Virus record (IMG/VR): IMGVR_UViG_2541047860_000002
DNA: 64,000 bases
Strand: one strand, 5' to 3'
Origin: a virus
Taxonomy: Duplodnaviria; Heunggongvirae; Uroviricota; Caudoviricetes
Shown here one piece after another: positions 10,811 to 20,972 of this stretch (positions within the stretch are counted from its first letter, which is position 1; the number at the start of each line of letters is the position of its first letter). The position numbers and the translations under genes are program-made. The notes under the pieces are model-generated. The model was not told the DNA's origin and did not search any database. It saw only the letters and a program-made list of their open reading frames with translations.

Positions 10811-11518
10811 TCAGAATTTGATCACTCCACTCACAGCCCCCTTTAACGCACTTGTAGCCATGCCAGCGGCACCGTTGACCAAAGCAGAAACACCTGAGCC
10901 TGCGGATGTGTATTTCTGGAAAGTGATTGGGTATGACAAGAACTCTGACACCTGATCACGTGAGCGTGTGATTTCCCCAAGTTGCGTAGGAAATACGCGC
11001 ATTTCTTCTTCCAGTTCTTTTCCGCCGTCCTGAGTCACCCGGTAGACACGGATTTTCATCAGATATTCAGGAGGAAGGTTTATTGTTCCATCAGGATTTG
11101 TTACACGAGAACGACGCTCTTTGAACCAGTCCATGATCTTGCCATCTTCGGTATCCCTCACGGTCATAGTGACCGGTCCGGCGCTAACATAGGTTGGCTT
11201 GCTGAATTCTACGCTGCCGATCACCTTGCTTTCTGTCTCGATGTTCCCACTGCTGTAGGTGATATCCTTCACGAACATATCGAAGCCGTTCAGACCATCC
11301 ACTTCAACGGTCCACTGCCACCCCTGGGCGTAACGGATACGCATAGCGGCAGCAACAATATTTTTCCCGTAGGCAATATCGCTACTGTAATTCCCGCTTA
11401 CCCCGCCGCCTGATATGGCTTTATCAAGAATGTCGCTAATGAGGTTGCTGGTGAATGATTTCGTGTTAAATGACAATGCGGTGGTCAACGTTCTACCAAC
11501 GCTGCTGAAAATACTCAC
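10811..11518 (-). CDS. Hypothetical virion structural protein
   Basis: 235-aa ORF in tail gene block. Confidence 0.4.
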   Translation of the reverse strand: MSIFSSVGRTLTTALSFNTKSFTSNLISDILDKAISGGGVSGNYSSDIAYGKNIVAAAMRIRYAQGWQWTVEVDGLNGFDMFVKDITYSSGNIETESKVIGSVEFSKPTYVSAGPVTMTVRDTEDGKIMDWFKERRSRVTNPDGTINLPPEYLMKIRVYRVTQDGGKELEEEMRVFPTQLGEITRSRDQVSEFLSYPITFQKYTSAGSGVSALVNGAAGMATSALKGAVSGVIKF

Positions 11519-11533
11519 TCTGCGCCTCCAGCG

Positions 11534-12085
11534 TTAAAAAATGGTAGCCCCCGGAATAATGGCCCGGTTTGAGGACATTTTTTCCTCAATCTCCTGCACG
11601 CGGGCATATAGCGTGGCTTCATCGGGCAGATCGGAGTAGTCAAATTTCCCGTCGATGGACGCTCTACGCTGCCGAGCGACATTTCTTACATTGATAAGCG
11701 CCTCTAGATATTCCTCCAGCATTCCAATGATTGCAGGAGGCACTTGCCATTCATCCAGCTTTCTGTCGCGTAGGTTAACCAGATACAGCATTCGTAAAGG
11801 CCAGCGTTCTGAACCTGTTAGCTCTAATTCAATAAATCCGGATAATTCATCCGAATAGACCAACAGGCCGTTGTTGTCGGTAACATGAACCAGAGAGAGA
11901 TAATCTTCTGGCAACGGAATTGCAGTACCACCAGCTTTTTCAAGTTTTAACGTTTTCACTACCCCTGCCCTGTCCTGATACGTGGTCAGAGCTTTGATCA
12001 GGAATGCTTTCAACGTTTCTTCTTCACGCACAAGCAGTGGATTAAATCGCTCTTTAACGCTTTCTAATAATTCAATTGGTGTCAT
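11534..12085 (-). CDS. Hypothetical virion structural protein
   Basis: 183-aa ORF. Confidence 0.4.
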   Translation of the reverse strand: MTPIELLESVKERFNPLLVREEETLKAFLIKALTTYQDRAGVVKTLKLEKAGGTAIPLPEDYLSLVHVTDNNGLLVYSDELSGFIELELTGSERWPLRMLYLVNLRDRKLDEWQVPPAIIGMLEEYLEALINVRNVARQRRASIDGKFDYSDLPDEATLYARVQEIEEKMSSNRAIIPGATIF

Positions 12086-12139
12086 TGTTGCCTACAACTC
12101 AATAACAAGGATGTTCCCGCCACAAGGGCGGGATAGGGA

Positions 12140-12631
12140 TTATTCCGCCCAGTTGTAAACAATGCGCAGAGAAGGTTTAACGACCGCCGTTACGTCTTCG
12201 GATGAGAAGTCCACGGCGTCGGAATACACTTTGCAATGAGAATATGTGCGGATCAGACCTTTATGGTTACCGCTATTCGATTCAGCCGCCGCCTGTAAGG
12301 TAATTTCCAGATATTCTTTTCCGTATACCATCTGTTTTACAGCGGCGAGAACTGCGCCTTCGATAGTTTCCGCGCATGTGACCTGAAATTCACCAGAGTT
12401 GCGTAATGGTCCGTGCTGGTTGAATTTCATGCCACCAGGGGCGTAATCCTCCACATCTTCACGTGTCATTTCTGGTAACTGAGCTGTACGAACTAGTACA
12501 GACAGATGTTCGTAACCCTTAATGGTCATCCAATATTCAGAACCAATAAGTTTTTCGCCTGCAGCCAGGTTTTTATTAAACCGGGATTTTAGAAAGGCCA
12601 TATCGGCTTTTGTATTTGCAAAACCGGACAT
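12140..12631 (-). CDS. Putative tail tube protein
   Basis: 163-aa ORF; size and position upstream of sheath gene block. Confidence 0.4.
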   Translation of the reverse strand: MSGFANTKADMAFLKSRFNKNLAAGEKLIGSEYWMTIKGYEHLSVLVRTAQLPEMTREDVEDYAPGGMKFNQHGPLRNSGEFQVTCAETIEGAVLAAVKQMVYGKEYLEITLQAAAESNSGNHKGLIRTYSHCKVYSDAVDFSSEDVTAVVKPSLRIVYNWAE

Positions 12632-12639
12632 AAATACTC

Positions 12640-13230
12640 CTACACAAAAACAGATGAGATATTGCTACGGTTGATCGATGTGTTACCGCTGCATTGCAGG
12701 GTTACCGTGTTATGAGTGAAATAGCCTTCCGGTGTGCGCGGGGCGTCCAGTTGGTAACTCACGCTTTTGATAACAACGTCGGTAAGGGCTATGTTCCTAC
12801 CTATGTTTAACGTTACTGTCTCCGGGCGACGACCGAATGGCGCTACATTGTTCAGTTCCGGCGATTCCATCTTCAGCAATGCTGTAATGGCTGCGTTCAC
12901 TTCAAGTTGCGCGTTCGTTGTCGCCATAAAATCAATTACCAGATTAAATTCAGGCGGTTGCTGACCTTCCCAAACAAGCATTGAGTTGAAGAGGGTTTTT
13001 GTTGTTACGCCGGTTGCGGTCTGAAGCGTATCTGCAAGAGAGCCAGCCGCAGCGCTAATACCGCCAAGCAAACCTCCTACTGACTGGTTTTCAAATGGTG
13101 ATTGCCACATTGATGACAGTTCTGCGGTAGATCCTTCACCGATATAACCGACGACCATATCCTCTGAAGAGAGGATATAAACCTTCATTAACGGACTTAT
13201 TCCGTCAGGCATTATCGCGCCGCAAATCAA
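12640..13230 (-). CDS. Hypothetical tail protein
   Basis: 196-aa ORF. Confidence 0.4.
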   Translation of the reverse strand: MICGAIMPDGISPLMKVYILSSEDMVVGYIGEGSTAELSSMWQSPFENQSVGGLLGGISAAAGSLADTLQTATGVTTKTLFNSMLVWEGQQPPEFNLVIDFMATTNAQLEVNAAITALLKMESPELNNVAPFGRRPETVTLNIGRNIALTDVVIKSVSYQLDAPRTPEGYFTHNTVTLQCSGNTSINRSNISSVFV

Positions 13231-13279
13231 ACGCTATTTCTCCCAGGTAGAGGCCACCTTTGCAGGCGGCCTATGTCAC

Positions 13280-14020
13280 TTACAAACCGCGTTTTTTGCG
13301 AATGCGCATTGATTTTTTGCGGTTGATATTCGCTACGGATGTATGTGCTTTGCGGCGTGCTTTTTTCAGCGCCTGTTTTTGCAATGACGTCATGCGGCGA
13401 GGACGCGGGCGTTTACGGATGATGGTAACCTTGCCATCACGAACCACTTTTTTACGTACCGCTTCCAGCATTGCGCTATCACCACCAGCAACGGTGTAAA
13501 TGGCAATAGCTGTTTCCATCATGTCGGTGTCGCTTTCGGAAAGAGCGTCATAAACACGTTCGGCAGCTGAGTCATCTTCATCGTCGATCATTTCGGTTAC
13601 ATCGTCCTGATCAGCGCCAAGCGCAACAGCTGCATCAGCAAGAGCTGCGAGAGCATCGTTATAAGCATCGATTTGCTCATCGGTGAAATCGGTGTCTTCA
13701 TCGATATCAGCCAGGCCAGCCATAGTGATTGCTAATGCATCAAATGAGTCAGCCTCCGGATCACCATCTTCAACCCAACCAGCAAGCATGGACGCTGCCA
13801 GGCTGCGCATATCACCTTGTGCACGGGATTCAACCGCTTCCATCATCGCGGTTTCAATGTCGTCTTTGGGCTTTGGTTGAGTGTCCTTTCCTTTCTGTCC
13901 TGCGCTTTCCAGCATGGCGTTATCATTATTGTCCTGCGTGGATTTATCACCGCTTTCAAAGCAGCCAGAACCGAAAATCGCACGCATAAAAGGATCAGCT
14001 GTATAATTTTTCATATTCAA
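13280..14020 (-). CDS. Acidic protein with basic C-terminal tail
   Basis: 246-aa ORF, D/E-rich body, C-terminal RKRPRPRR..RKKRGL. Confidence 0.4.
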   Translation of the reverse strand: MNMKNYTADPFMRAIFGSGCFESGDKSTQDNNDNAMLESAGQKGKDTQPKPKDDIETAMMEAVESRAQGDMRSLAASMLAGWVEDGDPEADSFDALAITMAGLADIDEDTDFTDEQIDAYNDALAALADAAVALGADQDDVTEMIDDEDDSAAERVYDALSESDTDMMETAIAIYTVAGGDSAMLEAVRKKVVRDGKVTIIRKRPRPRRMTSLQKQALKKARRKAHTSVANINRKKSMRIRKKRGL

Positions 14021-14058
14021 ACCTCTTTCCCCCGCATCATTTAGCGGGGGGTTATAAA

Positions 14059-15717
14059 TCAGCGCATCAGAATTGGCTTACCGACGATTCGGCGAGCTGT
14101 ACCGGTCGGACAAACAGACCAGGACACTTCCCACAGATCGATGTCCTTTTGGACAACCTGAACAACATATGGATCTTCGCCCTGGGATTTGTCACGTGGA
14201 GTAACCAGCGCACCGGCTGCAACGTAACGGTCAAGCAATTCAGTCATTGCTTTCATGAGCGTTTCTTTGGTAATGCCATCCGGTTCGTGCTTAATCGCCT
14301 GAGCTACGTCATAGAAATTTCTGGCGATGGCGTTCATCAAGGAAGACACATGCTGGAATCGCAGATAATTGTTTTTGCTGTAAGTTGTTAAAGAGTCGTC
14401 AATGTAAACGGACCCGTCAGCAGCAACTGAAACTGGATTAATGCGCGCAAGAACGAACGCTTCACGATCAACTGCACCGATATTTGGAATTCGGGCAATG
14501 TTCTGTCGATCAATAATCGCGCGTGATATACCTGCGGGTGAGTAATGCCAACCACCAACATCCGGTACCAGCGCAACTCCTTTTGCTTTCGCTACGAATG
14601 CGTCGCAACTAATGCCATAGACGACATTCATCCCAGTGAAGGTATCTCGGCAGGAAAGCGGGAAGTAGTAACGGCTTGGTTGATGTGAGCCGCCAAAACT
14701 ATGGCTTTTCGCTTCTGAAATAGCGTTTTCAGGTGTCTGGTTGCCCTTCAGGTCATAGAACATGTCTACGCGAACATCTTCAGCCAGCTTTTTGATTGCG
14801 GCTAAGGCGGATGCGTCATAACAACCCAGTGACAGCAATGCGGTGTAATTAACCTCTGAAGCTTCGAGAACCTTTAATGCTTCCAGATAGTCTTCAGTGT
14901 TAATTGTGGACAGATCGCCATCAGTACCACCTTCAAAAGCTACATCCTCAAAAATGAGTTGAGCAGCAGATGCTTCTACATCATCTGCCAGCACGGCACC
15001 AATGCGAGTGGACTGGCTTTCAAGCAGTGTCGGAATCCATGCAGGTTGGCCCATGTCGTTAGTGCCTTCTGGATTGAAGGACACCTGGTGGCTTTCCAGT
15101 ACCTCAATGGACCCATCAGTTTGTTTTTCTTTCAGCGTCAGCGTAAAGAGTTCGCTTTCTTCATTATCGCGGGTTAGTGATAACGTGCGATTTTGAGATG
15201 CATCACCATCTTTGATGAAGAATAATGCTTTCTCATCACCTTTTATCTGAGGCGTCTCTTTTGGTGTGAAGACCTCTGATTGAGTCGTTACTGTTGAAGC
15301 AACACCAACGCTTAATGTGTCATCTGGATTTACTGTGGTTTCAGTTGGTTCAACGGAAAGTTCTTTACTCGCCTTTGCCGCTTTTGCTCTGCCCACAACG
15401 GAAACAGAAATACCCGGCACCTTCATGTCTTTAGCGCAAACTCGAACGACATATCCAGAACCGCCTTTTACTGCACGCTCCACGTGGCGGTATGGTTCAA
15501 ATGCCGCGCCCAGGCGAGGGTGAATCGGTGAACCTAATACGCTTTGATAAGTCGTATCGTCAACTTTCAGTACCTTACCCGGTGCGCCACGACGCGATAT
15601 TACAAGCCCAGCAAAGACGGAAGCGCCACCGCTGGTATTGGTGAGGGTAGCGTCAGCATTGACTGACATTACAGCAACGCCAGCTGCCTGCCCTACCGAA
15701 AAACTAATCTTATTCAT
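14059..15717 (-). CDS. Contractile tail sheath protein
   Basis: 552-aa ORF; size, composition and position between tube and capsid genes. Confidence 0.65.
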   Translation of the reverse strand: MNKISFSVGQAAGVAVMSVNADATLTNTSGGASVFAGLVISRRGAPGKVLKVDDTTYQSVLGSPIHPRLGAAFEPYRHVERAVKGGSGYVVRVCAKDMKVPGISVSVVGRAKAAKASKELSVEPTETTVNPDDTLSVGVASTVTTQSEVFTPKETPQIKGDEKALFFIKDGDASQNRTLSLTRDNEESELFTLTLKEKQTDGSIEVLESHQVSFNPEGTNDMGQPAWIPTLLESQSTRIGAVLADDVEASAAQLIFEDVAFEGGTDGDLSTINTEDYLEALKVLEASEVNYTALLSLGCYDASALAAIKKLAEDVRVDMFYDLKGNQTPENAISEAKSHSFGGSHQPSRYYFPLSCRDTFTGMNVVYGISCDAFVAKAKGVALVPDVGGWHYSPAGISRAIIDRQNIARIPNIGAVDREAFVLARINPVSVAADGSVYIDDSLTTYSKNNYLRFQHVSSLMNAIARNFYDVAQAIKHEPDGITKETLMKAMTELLDRYVAAGALVTPRDKSQGEDPYVVQVVQKDIDLWEVSWSVCPTGTARRIVGKPILMR

Positions 15718-15784
15718 GCTGGTTCTTATCCTCTAAAGCGAGAGAACGAGGCAAGGCTACCCACGGTTAATGGGCAGCCTCTGA

Positions 15785-16063
15785 TCAGGATTCGCTTACC
15801 GTGAAGTTGTCGCCTACGGTTACTTCTTTCGTAGTTGGTTCAACACTGACGGCGCTTACGCTTTTAGGTGCCTCCCTAACAGTGACTGTGCACTGTGCGG
15901 TTTTATTGCCGTCATTTGTTTTGATTGTCAGCACTGCCTGCCCGGCCTTAAGAGCGGTACATGTAGTGCCATCAACCTGGACAATTTCAGGGTGATCGGA
16001 CTCAACAGTGAAAGATTTGTCTGTTGCGTCAGATGGCGAGATAGTTACTTGAATGTTTGCCAT
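15785..16063 (-). CDS. Ig-like (Big_2-type) domain protein
   Basis: 92-aa T/V-rich beta-sandwich-like sequence. Confidence 0.45.
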   Translation of the reverse strand: MANIQVTISPSDATDKSFTVESDHPEIVQVDGTTCTALKAGQAVLTIKTNDGNKTAQCTVTVREAPKSVSAVSVEPTTKEVTVGDNFTVSES

Positions 16064-16210
16064 TCTTTTCTCCTGAACGCCCCTTATTCAGGGGCGTGTT
16101 TTTGCCTTACTTCTGCTTTGTTTTTTTCTGTGCCTTTGAAGTGTTCGCGGCGATAGTTTCACCTTCATCTACGTCAAGTGACGTTGGTGATACCGACACG
16201 TTCGCCACCA

Positions 16211-17908
16211 TCACTTTTTTTCGTTAACCTTGCCTGTCAGCATGTCGATAGCGCCTTCTTTGGCACGAGTCAGACGCAGGCGGGTGAAGTAGTTTTCACC
16301 GTTGCGAGGATGTACTTCGTTGATGGCACTGCCCCAGAGAGTGGTACGGTTAACGAGAGACGGATTGGTTTCGTGCACGTAAGGGATTGCAGGGACTGCA
16401 TCACCAGCAATCAGACCGGCTTTACCGATGCCTTCGCCACGCCCATAGAAGAAGATGTCATCCAGCCCGAAGTCATATCCCTGTGCCTGGAATTGCTCAC
16501 AGACAGGTTGCGGCACTTCGTAAATACGAATCGTGCCAAACAGGGTGCCGATGTACTGTACATACGGCGACTGAACGTAACCTGGTGCGATCTGGAAGTG
16601 CTGTGGAGGCAGAGAGCGCAGGAAGTTCGCGGCGTCACCACCAGCAAAGCCGCCACGAATACCCGTTGTCAGGGTACGATTTGCCATTTCCTGAGACAGA
16701 GCGTTTACTACGTGACGCAGGAGGCCGACCCAGGACTCATAGTTTTGAGCTTCCGGCAGAGCCACATCAAATTCACGGCCATAAACGGTATGGAATACCA
16801 GGGTGCGCAGACGCATGATGTCGGTTTCATGGGAGATCCAGTTACGCATCGCGGAGAACTGAAGTGCCGCTAATTCAAGGCCGTGCTCACGGCTTAAATC
16901 GGATGCGGACATTACCGTGTGTTCGGAAGCAATTACGTACTGGGACGGACGAACTTCGTACTTACGCATAGCCTGGTTGATCACAGGAATCAGGCTTGGA
17001 TTGCGCTCGATGTTAATTTCGACCTGAACAGCAATTTCAGTACCTTCTGGCGGAGCCTGGGTAAATGTAATGTCAATGACACCAGTGTCATAGGCAACTT
17101 TGGCAGTCGCTGAGAAAGCATTACCTTTGCTGTCTTTAGCATTGAAATAAAGGTTGCCATCGCCGTCGTCAACTTTGGACGGTTTGCGGTTGATCAGCAG
17201 TTTGTTATAACCAGCGCGAAGCGGGCAGGATTGTCCCTCAAAATTTTGGATGTCGAACTGGAAGGTTTTGGTGCTGCCATCCCCTTTAGTGGAAAGGGTA
17301 TACAGGCGCTTCATTTGAGAATAAACACCAGCTGACTGCATATTCAGTTCGTCACCTTGTTTGAAGGTGCCGAATTTTGTGCCTGCTACGTTGACCAGTT
17401 CATAAATATTTGACTCGTCACGATCACAAGGAACAAAAGTACAGGCATCACTGGTAGCAGCGCCCAGAGAGGCAGGCAGAATTAGAGCAGCATATTGAGC
17501 AACTTTCATTACGCCGTCAGAGCTACGCATTGATTGCGCGACAGACTCAAACATTGCCTTACCCGTGCCTTCATGGGTATCACTGGCACATTCAGTCATC
17601 AGGCGTTCAAGAGCCATGTGTGCGTTCGCCAGGATGTCACTTGCCGGGTAATGACCATGTTGACGTTTATACTCATGCAGAGACATAGCCCACCCACCAG
17701 TGATCTGACGAGCGACCTCTGGATTTACGCCTTCAAACATAGGCACTTTCTGGATTGCTTTATCCAGGTTTTCCATCATTACTGCCTGGTCAGCAATCAT
17801 GTTGCCTGCTGCATCGGTGGTCGGATCGACGGTCATAGCCATGACGCTTGCCGCCCGATTCATAATCTCGCGCTCGCGATCACGAGCTGGCTGAATGTTT
17901 TTATTCAC
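16211..17908 (-). CDS. Major capsid protein (P1 gp23-like)
   Basis: 565-aa ORF at head of morphogenesis block; resemblance to P1-type major head protein. Confidence 0.6.
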   Translation of the reverse strand: MNKNIQPARDREREIMNRAASVMAMTVDPTTDAAGNMIADQAVMMENLDKAIQKVPMFEGVNPEVARQITGGWAMSLHEYKRQHGHYPASDILANAHMALERLMTECASDTHEGTGKAMFESVAQSMRSSDGVMKVAQYAALILPASLGAATSDACTFVPCDRDESNIYELVNVAGTKFGTFKQGDELNMQSAGVYSQMKRLYTLSTKGDGSTKTFQFDIQNFEGQSCPLRAGYNKLLINRKPSKVDDGDGNLYFNAKDSKGNAFSATAKVAYDTGVIDITFTQAPPEGTEIAVQVEINIERNPSLIPVINQAMRKYEVRPSQYVIASEHTVMSASDLSREHGLELAALQFSAMRNWISHETDIMRLRTLVFHTVYGREFDVALPEAQNYESWVGLLRHVVNALSQEMANRTLTTGIRGGFAGGDAANFLRSLPPQHFQIAPGYVQSPYVQYIGTLFGTIRIYEVPQPVCEQFQAQGYDFGLDDIFFYGRGEGIGKAGLIAGDAVPAIPYVHETNPSLVNRTTLWGSAINEVHPRNGENYFTRLRLTRAKEGAIDMLTGKVNEKK

Positions 17909-18034
17909 GGTTAAGCCCTAAATTCGGGCGCGGCGTGAAGGTTCTTTTGACGGGCTAACAATACCTACTTTGTGATTTAGTCAATAGGTTTAGTAAAATA
18001 AAATCTATTAACACGCATGTTGTTATGTGATTTA

Positions 18035-18053
18035 ATTTTAGTTTTCTAACACA
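18035..18053 (+). promoter_or_regulatory. Dispersed operator-like motif (reverse orientation of ATGTTAGAAAACTAA)
   Basis: ATTTTAGTTTTCTAACACA 14 bp upstream of ORF 18067. Confidence 0.4.
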
Positions 18054-18066
18054 AATCATTAGAGTT

Positions 18067-18459
18067 ATGTCGTATCGAATCTTTGTTTCGTATAAAAATG
18101 GCGCTAAGAGCCACTCTCTGAACACAACAAGTCGCTTTCTTGTTGAGGCGCAGTTGGCATCAATTCTTGCCGAAAGTGAGATACTCTCGCTCGCTGAACG
18201 GATCGTTATCCAGTTTTCTGGTAGAGATATACTCAATGTCCCCGCCCTCACCCCGGCATCCGAAGTTATGGAATCAATTAAATGGCCTGTATGCGGATGT
18301 CCTGCCAGGGTTGAAGAGCCGGTAACTGCAACGCTCTACATGCCGAAAGCTGTAAGAGATTGGCTTGCTATGGTTGGCAATGGGAAAGTCAGTGCTGGAC
18401 TTCGCAAGTTAATTGAAATGGCAGATATTCCTGAGTTAAAAAATGCATGGCGACAATGA
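18067..18459 (+). CDS. Hypothetical protein
   Basis: 130-aa ORF. Confidence 0.4.
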   Translation: MSYRIFVSYKNGAKSHSLNTTSRFLVEAQLASILAESEILSLAERIVIQFSGRDILNVPALTPASEVMESIKWPVCGCPARVEEPVTATLYMPKAVRDWLAMVGNGKVSAGLRKLIEMADIPELKNAWRQ

Positions 18460-18475
18460 GTAAACAAGGGACAAA

Positions 18476-18934
18476 ATGAGTCACGTTAACCCATCAAAAA
18501 CACAATATCGCTTAATGCTGGCGATCGCGTCAGCTATACCAACCAGCCTGAATCCCCCGGCAGGCTATCCCGCTGTTGTTGATGATTGTTTTCAGTATTA
18601 CGGAGAAGACATCCTGAGCCAGTCAAAAGCGCTCAAGCAGTTATGTAAGGCAGGTATTCTTCACTGTATCGGAGATCCGGACGATTTTGTTGTTATGCTG
18701 GCGGATCGTGACTCTTTTCTACTGTCCTGGAAAGCCGGTGCGCGCGAAGCACGTTTGGGGAATGGTATTGGTTACATAGACTATAGTGATTGTCCGCTGG
18801 CATTTGCTGGTGGATACATGCATTGGCATGAGCGAAATAGAGGCCGTCAGCGTCAGTATCGCTTGAGTGACTTTAACGTCTGTCACGGTTTCGAAGAAGC
18901 TGACAGCCAGGACATCTGGCTTCAGGAGCCTTGA
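18476..18934 (+). CDS. Hypothetical protein
   Basis: 152-aa ORF. Confidence 0.4.
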   Translation: MSHVNPSKTQYRLMLAIASAIPTSLNPPAGYPAVVDDCFQYYGEDILSQSKALKQLCKAGILHCIGDPDDFVVMLADRDSFLLSWKAGAREARLGNGIGYIDYSDCPLAFAGGYMHWHERNRGRQRQYRLSDFNVCHGFEEADSQDIWLQEP

Positions 18935-19254
18935 TCCCCCTTCCCTTCCCAAATCTCCCTGTTTCTTTGGTTATTCAGTGCGTTTCGTTGGTTGCATTCG
19001 TCGATCGTGCTGAATAACTGTTCAGCGTATGTCGGATACTTGTTTAACAGCACTGGCGTGTCCTCTGGCACTAAACAAGGGGAGTAATCAATCAGATTTG
19101 CCTGCGGCTTGCTGGTGGCTTCTACGGTAATTTTCACTGGCACGCTGGTTGATGGCTTTTGCCCGTTCCCGCTGCATCCTGATAACGTCATCAGGCACAC
19201 GCACATCGTTAATCCCAGCACGGCGTAACGCATTTTCAAGGCGAGTGATTTCAT
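18922..19254 (-). CDS. Lipoprotein, o-spanin-like (Rz1-like)
   Basis: Signal peptide with lipobox LSGC, Pro-rich mature part, additional Cys; start embedded in 3' end of upstream gene in another frame. Confidence 0.45.
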   Translation of the reverse strand: MKSLALKMRYAVLGLTMCVCLMTLSGCSGNGQKPSTSVPVKITVEATSKPQANLIDYSPCLVPEDTPVLLNKYPTYAEQLFSTIDECNQRNALNNQRNREIWEGKGDQGS

Positions 19255-19579
19255 TCTGGCTTTCCTCTCGTTGTTTGATTAGGTTGGCATTCAGTTCTGC
19301 TGTTTTGCGCTGGTACTCCTTTTCCAGTGCTTTAATTCTTTCGTTTTCGGTCAGCATGGCTGAGCGAGCGTTCTCACTTAACTGTAATGCGGTAGAAAGC
19401 GTGTTGTTCGTGCTTTCCAGTTGTGATTTTGAGTCTTCAAGCGATCGGACATACCTGATGTGTTCGATAACTGCCGTCGTTGTTCGGTAAATTCCAGAAA
19501 TGGCTAAAAGCGCAATTACAATCAAAATTATCTTTTTCAAAACCATCCTCTTCAGGTTCATTTTTTTGGTGTTAAACAT
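19088..19579 (-). CDS. Membrane-anchored coiled-coil protein, i-spanin-like (Rz-like)
   Basis: N-terminal TM helix then ~120-aa coiled coil; overlaps lipoprotein gene. Confidence 0.45.
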   Translation of the reverse strand: MFNTKKMNLKRMVLKKIILIVIALLAISGIYRTTTAVIEHIRYVRSLEDSKSQLESTNNTLSTALQLSENARSAMLTENERIKALEKEYQRKTAELNANLIKQREESQNEITRLENALRRAGINDVRVPDDVIRMQRERAKAINQRASENYRRSHQQAAGKSD

Positions 19580-19618
19580 GTACCAATTTACATCCTTTTG
19601 TGTTCCTAAGTGGTGTTG

Positions 19619-20422
19619 CTATGGTTCCTTTTTGGTGTTCGTTTGGAGCGCGTCGATAACGCCTTGTGGCATGATTAAACTGATTGCCGGACTCATTACT
19701 GCATCATCCAGTAGAGAACCAGTTAACGTGATGGCGACAGCGTTCTCTAAACCTTTGGTTGCCTGAGTGGTTGACGTTTTAATGCGACCTGCAAGGGCTA
19801 CGACACTCTCACTTGCTGAGTTAATTTCGGAGAGTAAAACTTCGGCGGCTGTCACTGCTTCCCGTAAAGCATCAATTTCATCCTGAGTAATGACTGGAGC
19901 CTGAGCGCCCCCAGTACCACCCTGCCCACCATTGCTATCACCACCAGCACTTCCGGCAGCTTCAATTTTTGCGTTAATGGCGTTCATGGCGGTTTTCAGA
20001 GCATCAAGTTTTAGCGCCGTCAATGCGTCCGTTAGAGATTGCGGAATGGAAACATTCCCCATTCCCTCAACAAGGGCGAAAGCAGGTATGGGGGGCAGCT
20101 CGTTACCTTTTGCGTAGCATTCCCAGCCAATCTTCATCTGTAACAGCTCTGATGGCTTGGTGTATGGGGAAAGAGAATCAGCCAGTAATGAAGACGCTTT
20201 GCTGGCCTCATTGAGCTGTTCAGAAAAGCCAAGCAATTGAGTAGTCCAGGCCGAAACAGAATCAGGATAGGTTTTATCGGCGTGAACTATTCCCTGTATG
20301 GCGCTGGCGAGTGATGAGGCTTTTACAGAAGCTGCCCGGCTTATGGTTATAGATTCTGGTGTAGAGATACCGGCATCTGACAGAATTTTGAAGGCTTTAA
20401 CTTCACCTATTGAATCAAGCAT
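19619..20422 (-). CDS. Hypothetical protein (Gly-rich linker, coiled-coil)
   Basis: ORF track start 20521 trimmed to internal ATG at 20422, which overlaps the stop of the upstream PAAR-like gene. Confidence 0.4.
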   Translation of the reverse strand: MLDSIGEVKAFKILSDAGISTPESITISRAASVKASSLASAIQGIVHADKTYPDSVSAWTTQLLGFSEQLNEASKASSLLADSLSPYTKPSELLQMKIGWECYAKGNELPPIPAFALVEGMGNVSIPQSLTDALTALKLDALKTAMNAINAKIEAAGSAGGDSNGGQGGTGGAQAPVITQDEIDALREAVTAAEVLLSEINSASESVVALAGRIKTSTTQATKGLENAVAITLTGSLLDDAVMSPAISLIMPQGVIDALQTNTKKEP

Positions 20423-20706
20423 TATGCAACCTGAAAAATATCCTCGCCGTTGGCGATAACAGAACCACAAGAAAGCGGATCGCCTACACAGACAACTCCC
20501 TTTCCACCTATCGAAAACCATACTCGCGTCGATACAGCTGCCCCTGGGTGTGCACTGTTACCGTCAGTGTGACTGGGAAACATGGCACCATCTACAACAA
20601 CTGGCTTACCGTTAACGGTGAACCAAGGAACGGTTTCAGCTACCAGTCGCGGCGGAAATCCTCCGTGACCAGAACAAAGGGTGTCGCTGGTGGCTATTGC
20701 GCTCAT
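20422..20706 (-). CDS. PAAR-like spike-tip protein (putative)
   Basis: 94-aa protein with CSGHGG and SCGSVIANG motifs resembling PAAR-like domains. Confidence 0.4.
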   Translation of the reverse strand: MSAIATSDTLCSGHGGFPPRLVAETVPWFTVNGKPVVVDGAMFPSHTDGNSAHPGAAVSTRVWFSIGGKGVVCVGDPLSCGSVIANGEDIFQVA

Positions 20707-20972
20707 TCTTCACCTCCTGGTTATCCTCCTATTGTCATCACTTTGTTATTTCGTCATTCAAACGGAGAGTTAAATTTCGGAATATTTTTGTATTCTCAAT
20801 TCATTCGCAAATAAATCTCACTATCAGCCCATCATTCAGTGGGTGATTAAGATATTCTCAAAATAAACTCAACAAGCGCTCTTTTTTGTCTCGTTTGGTG
20901 TGGATTTTTGGGGGCTTCTCTTTTAAAATTACATTTTGATTCTCAAATGTGTCTCAGAAGTGGAGCAAGAAG

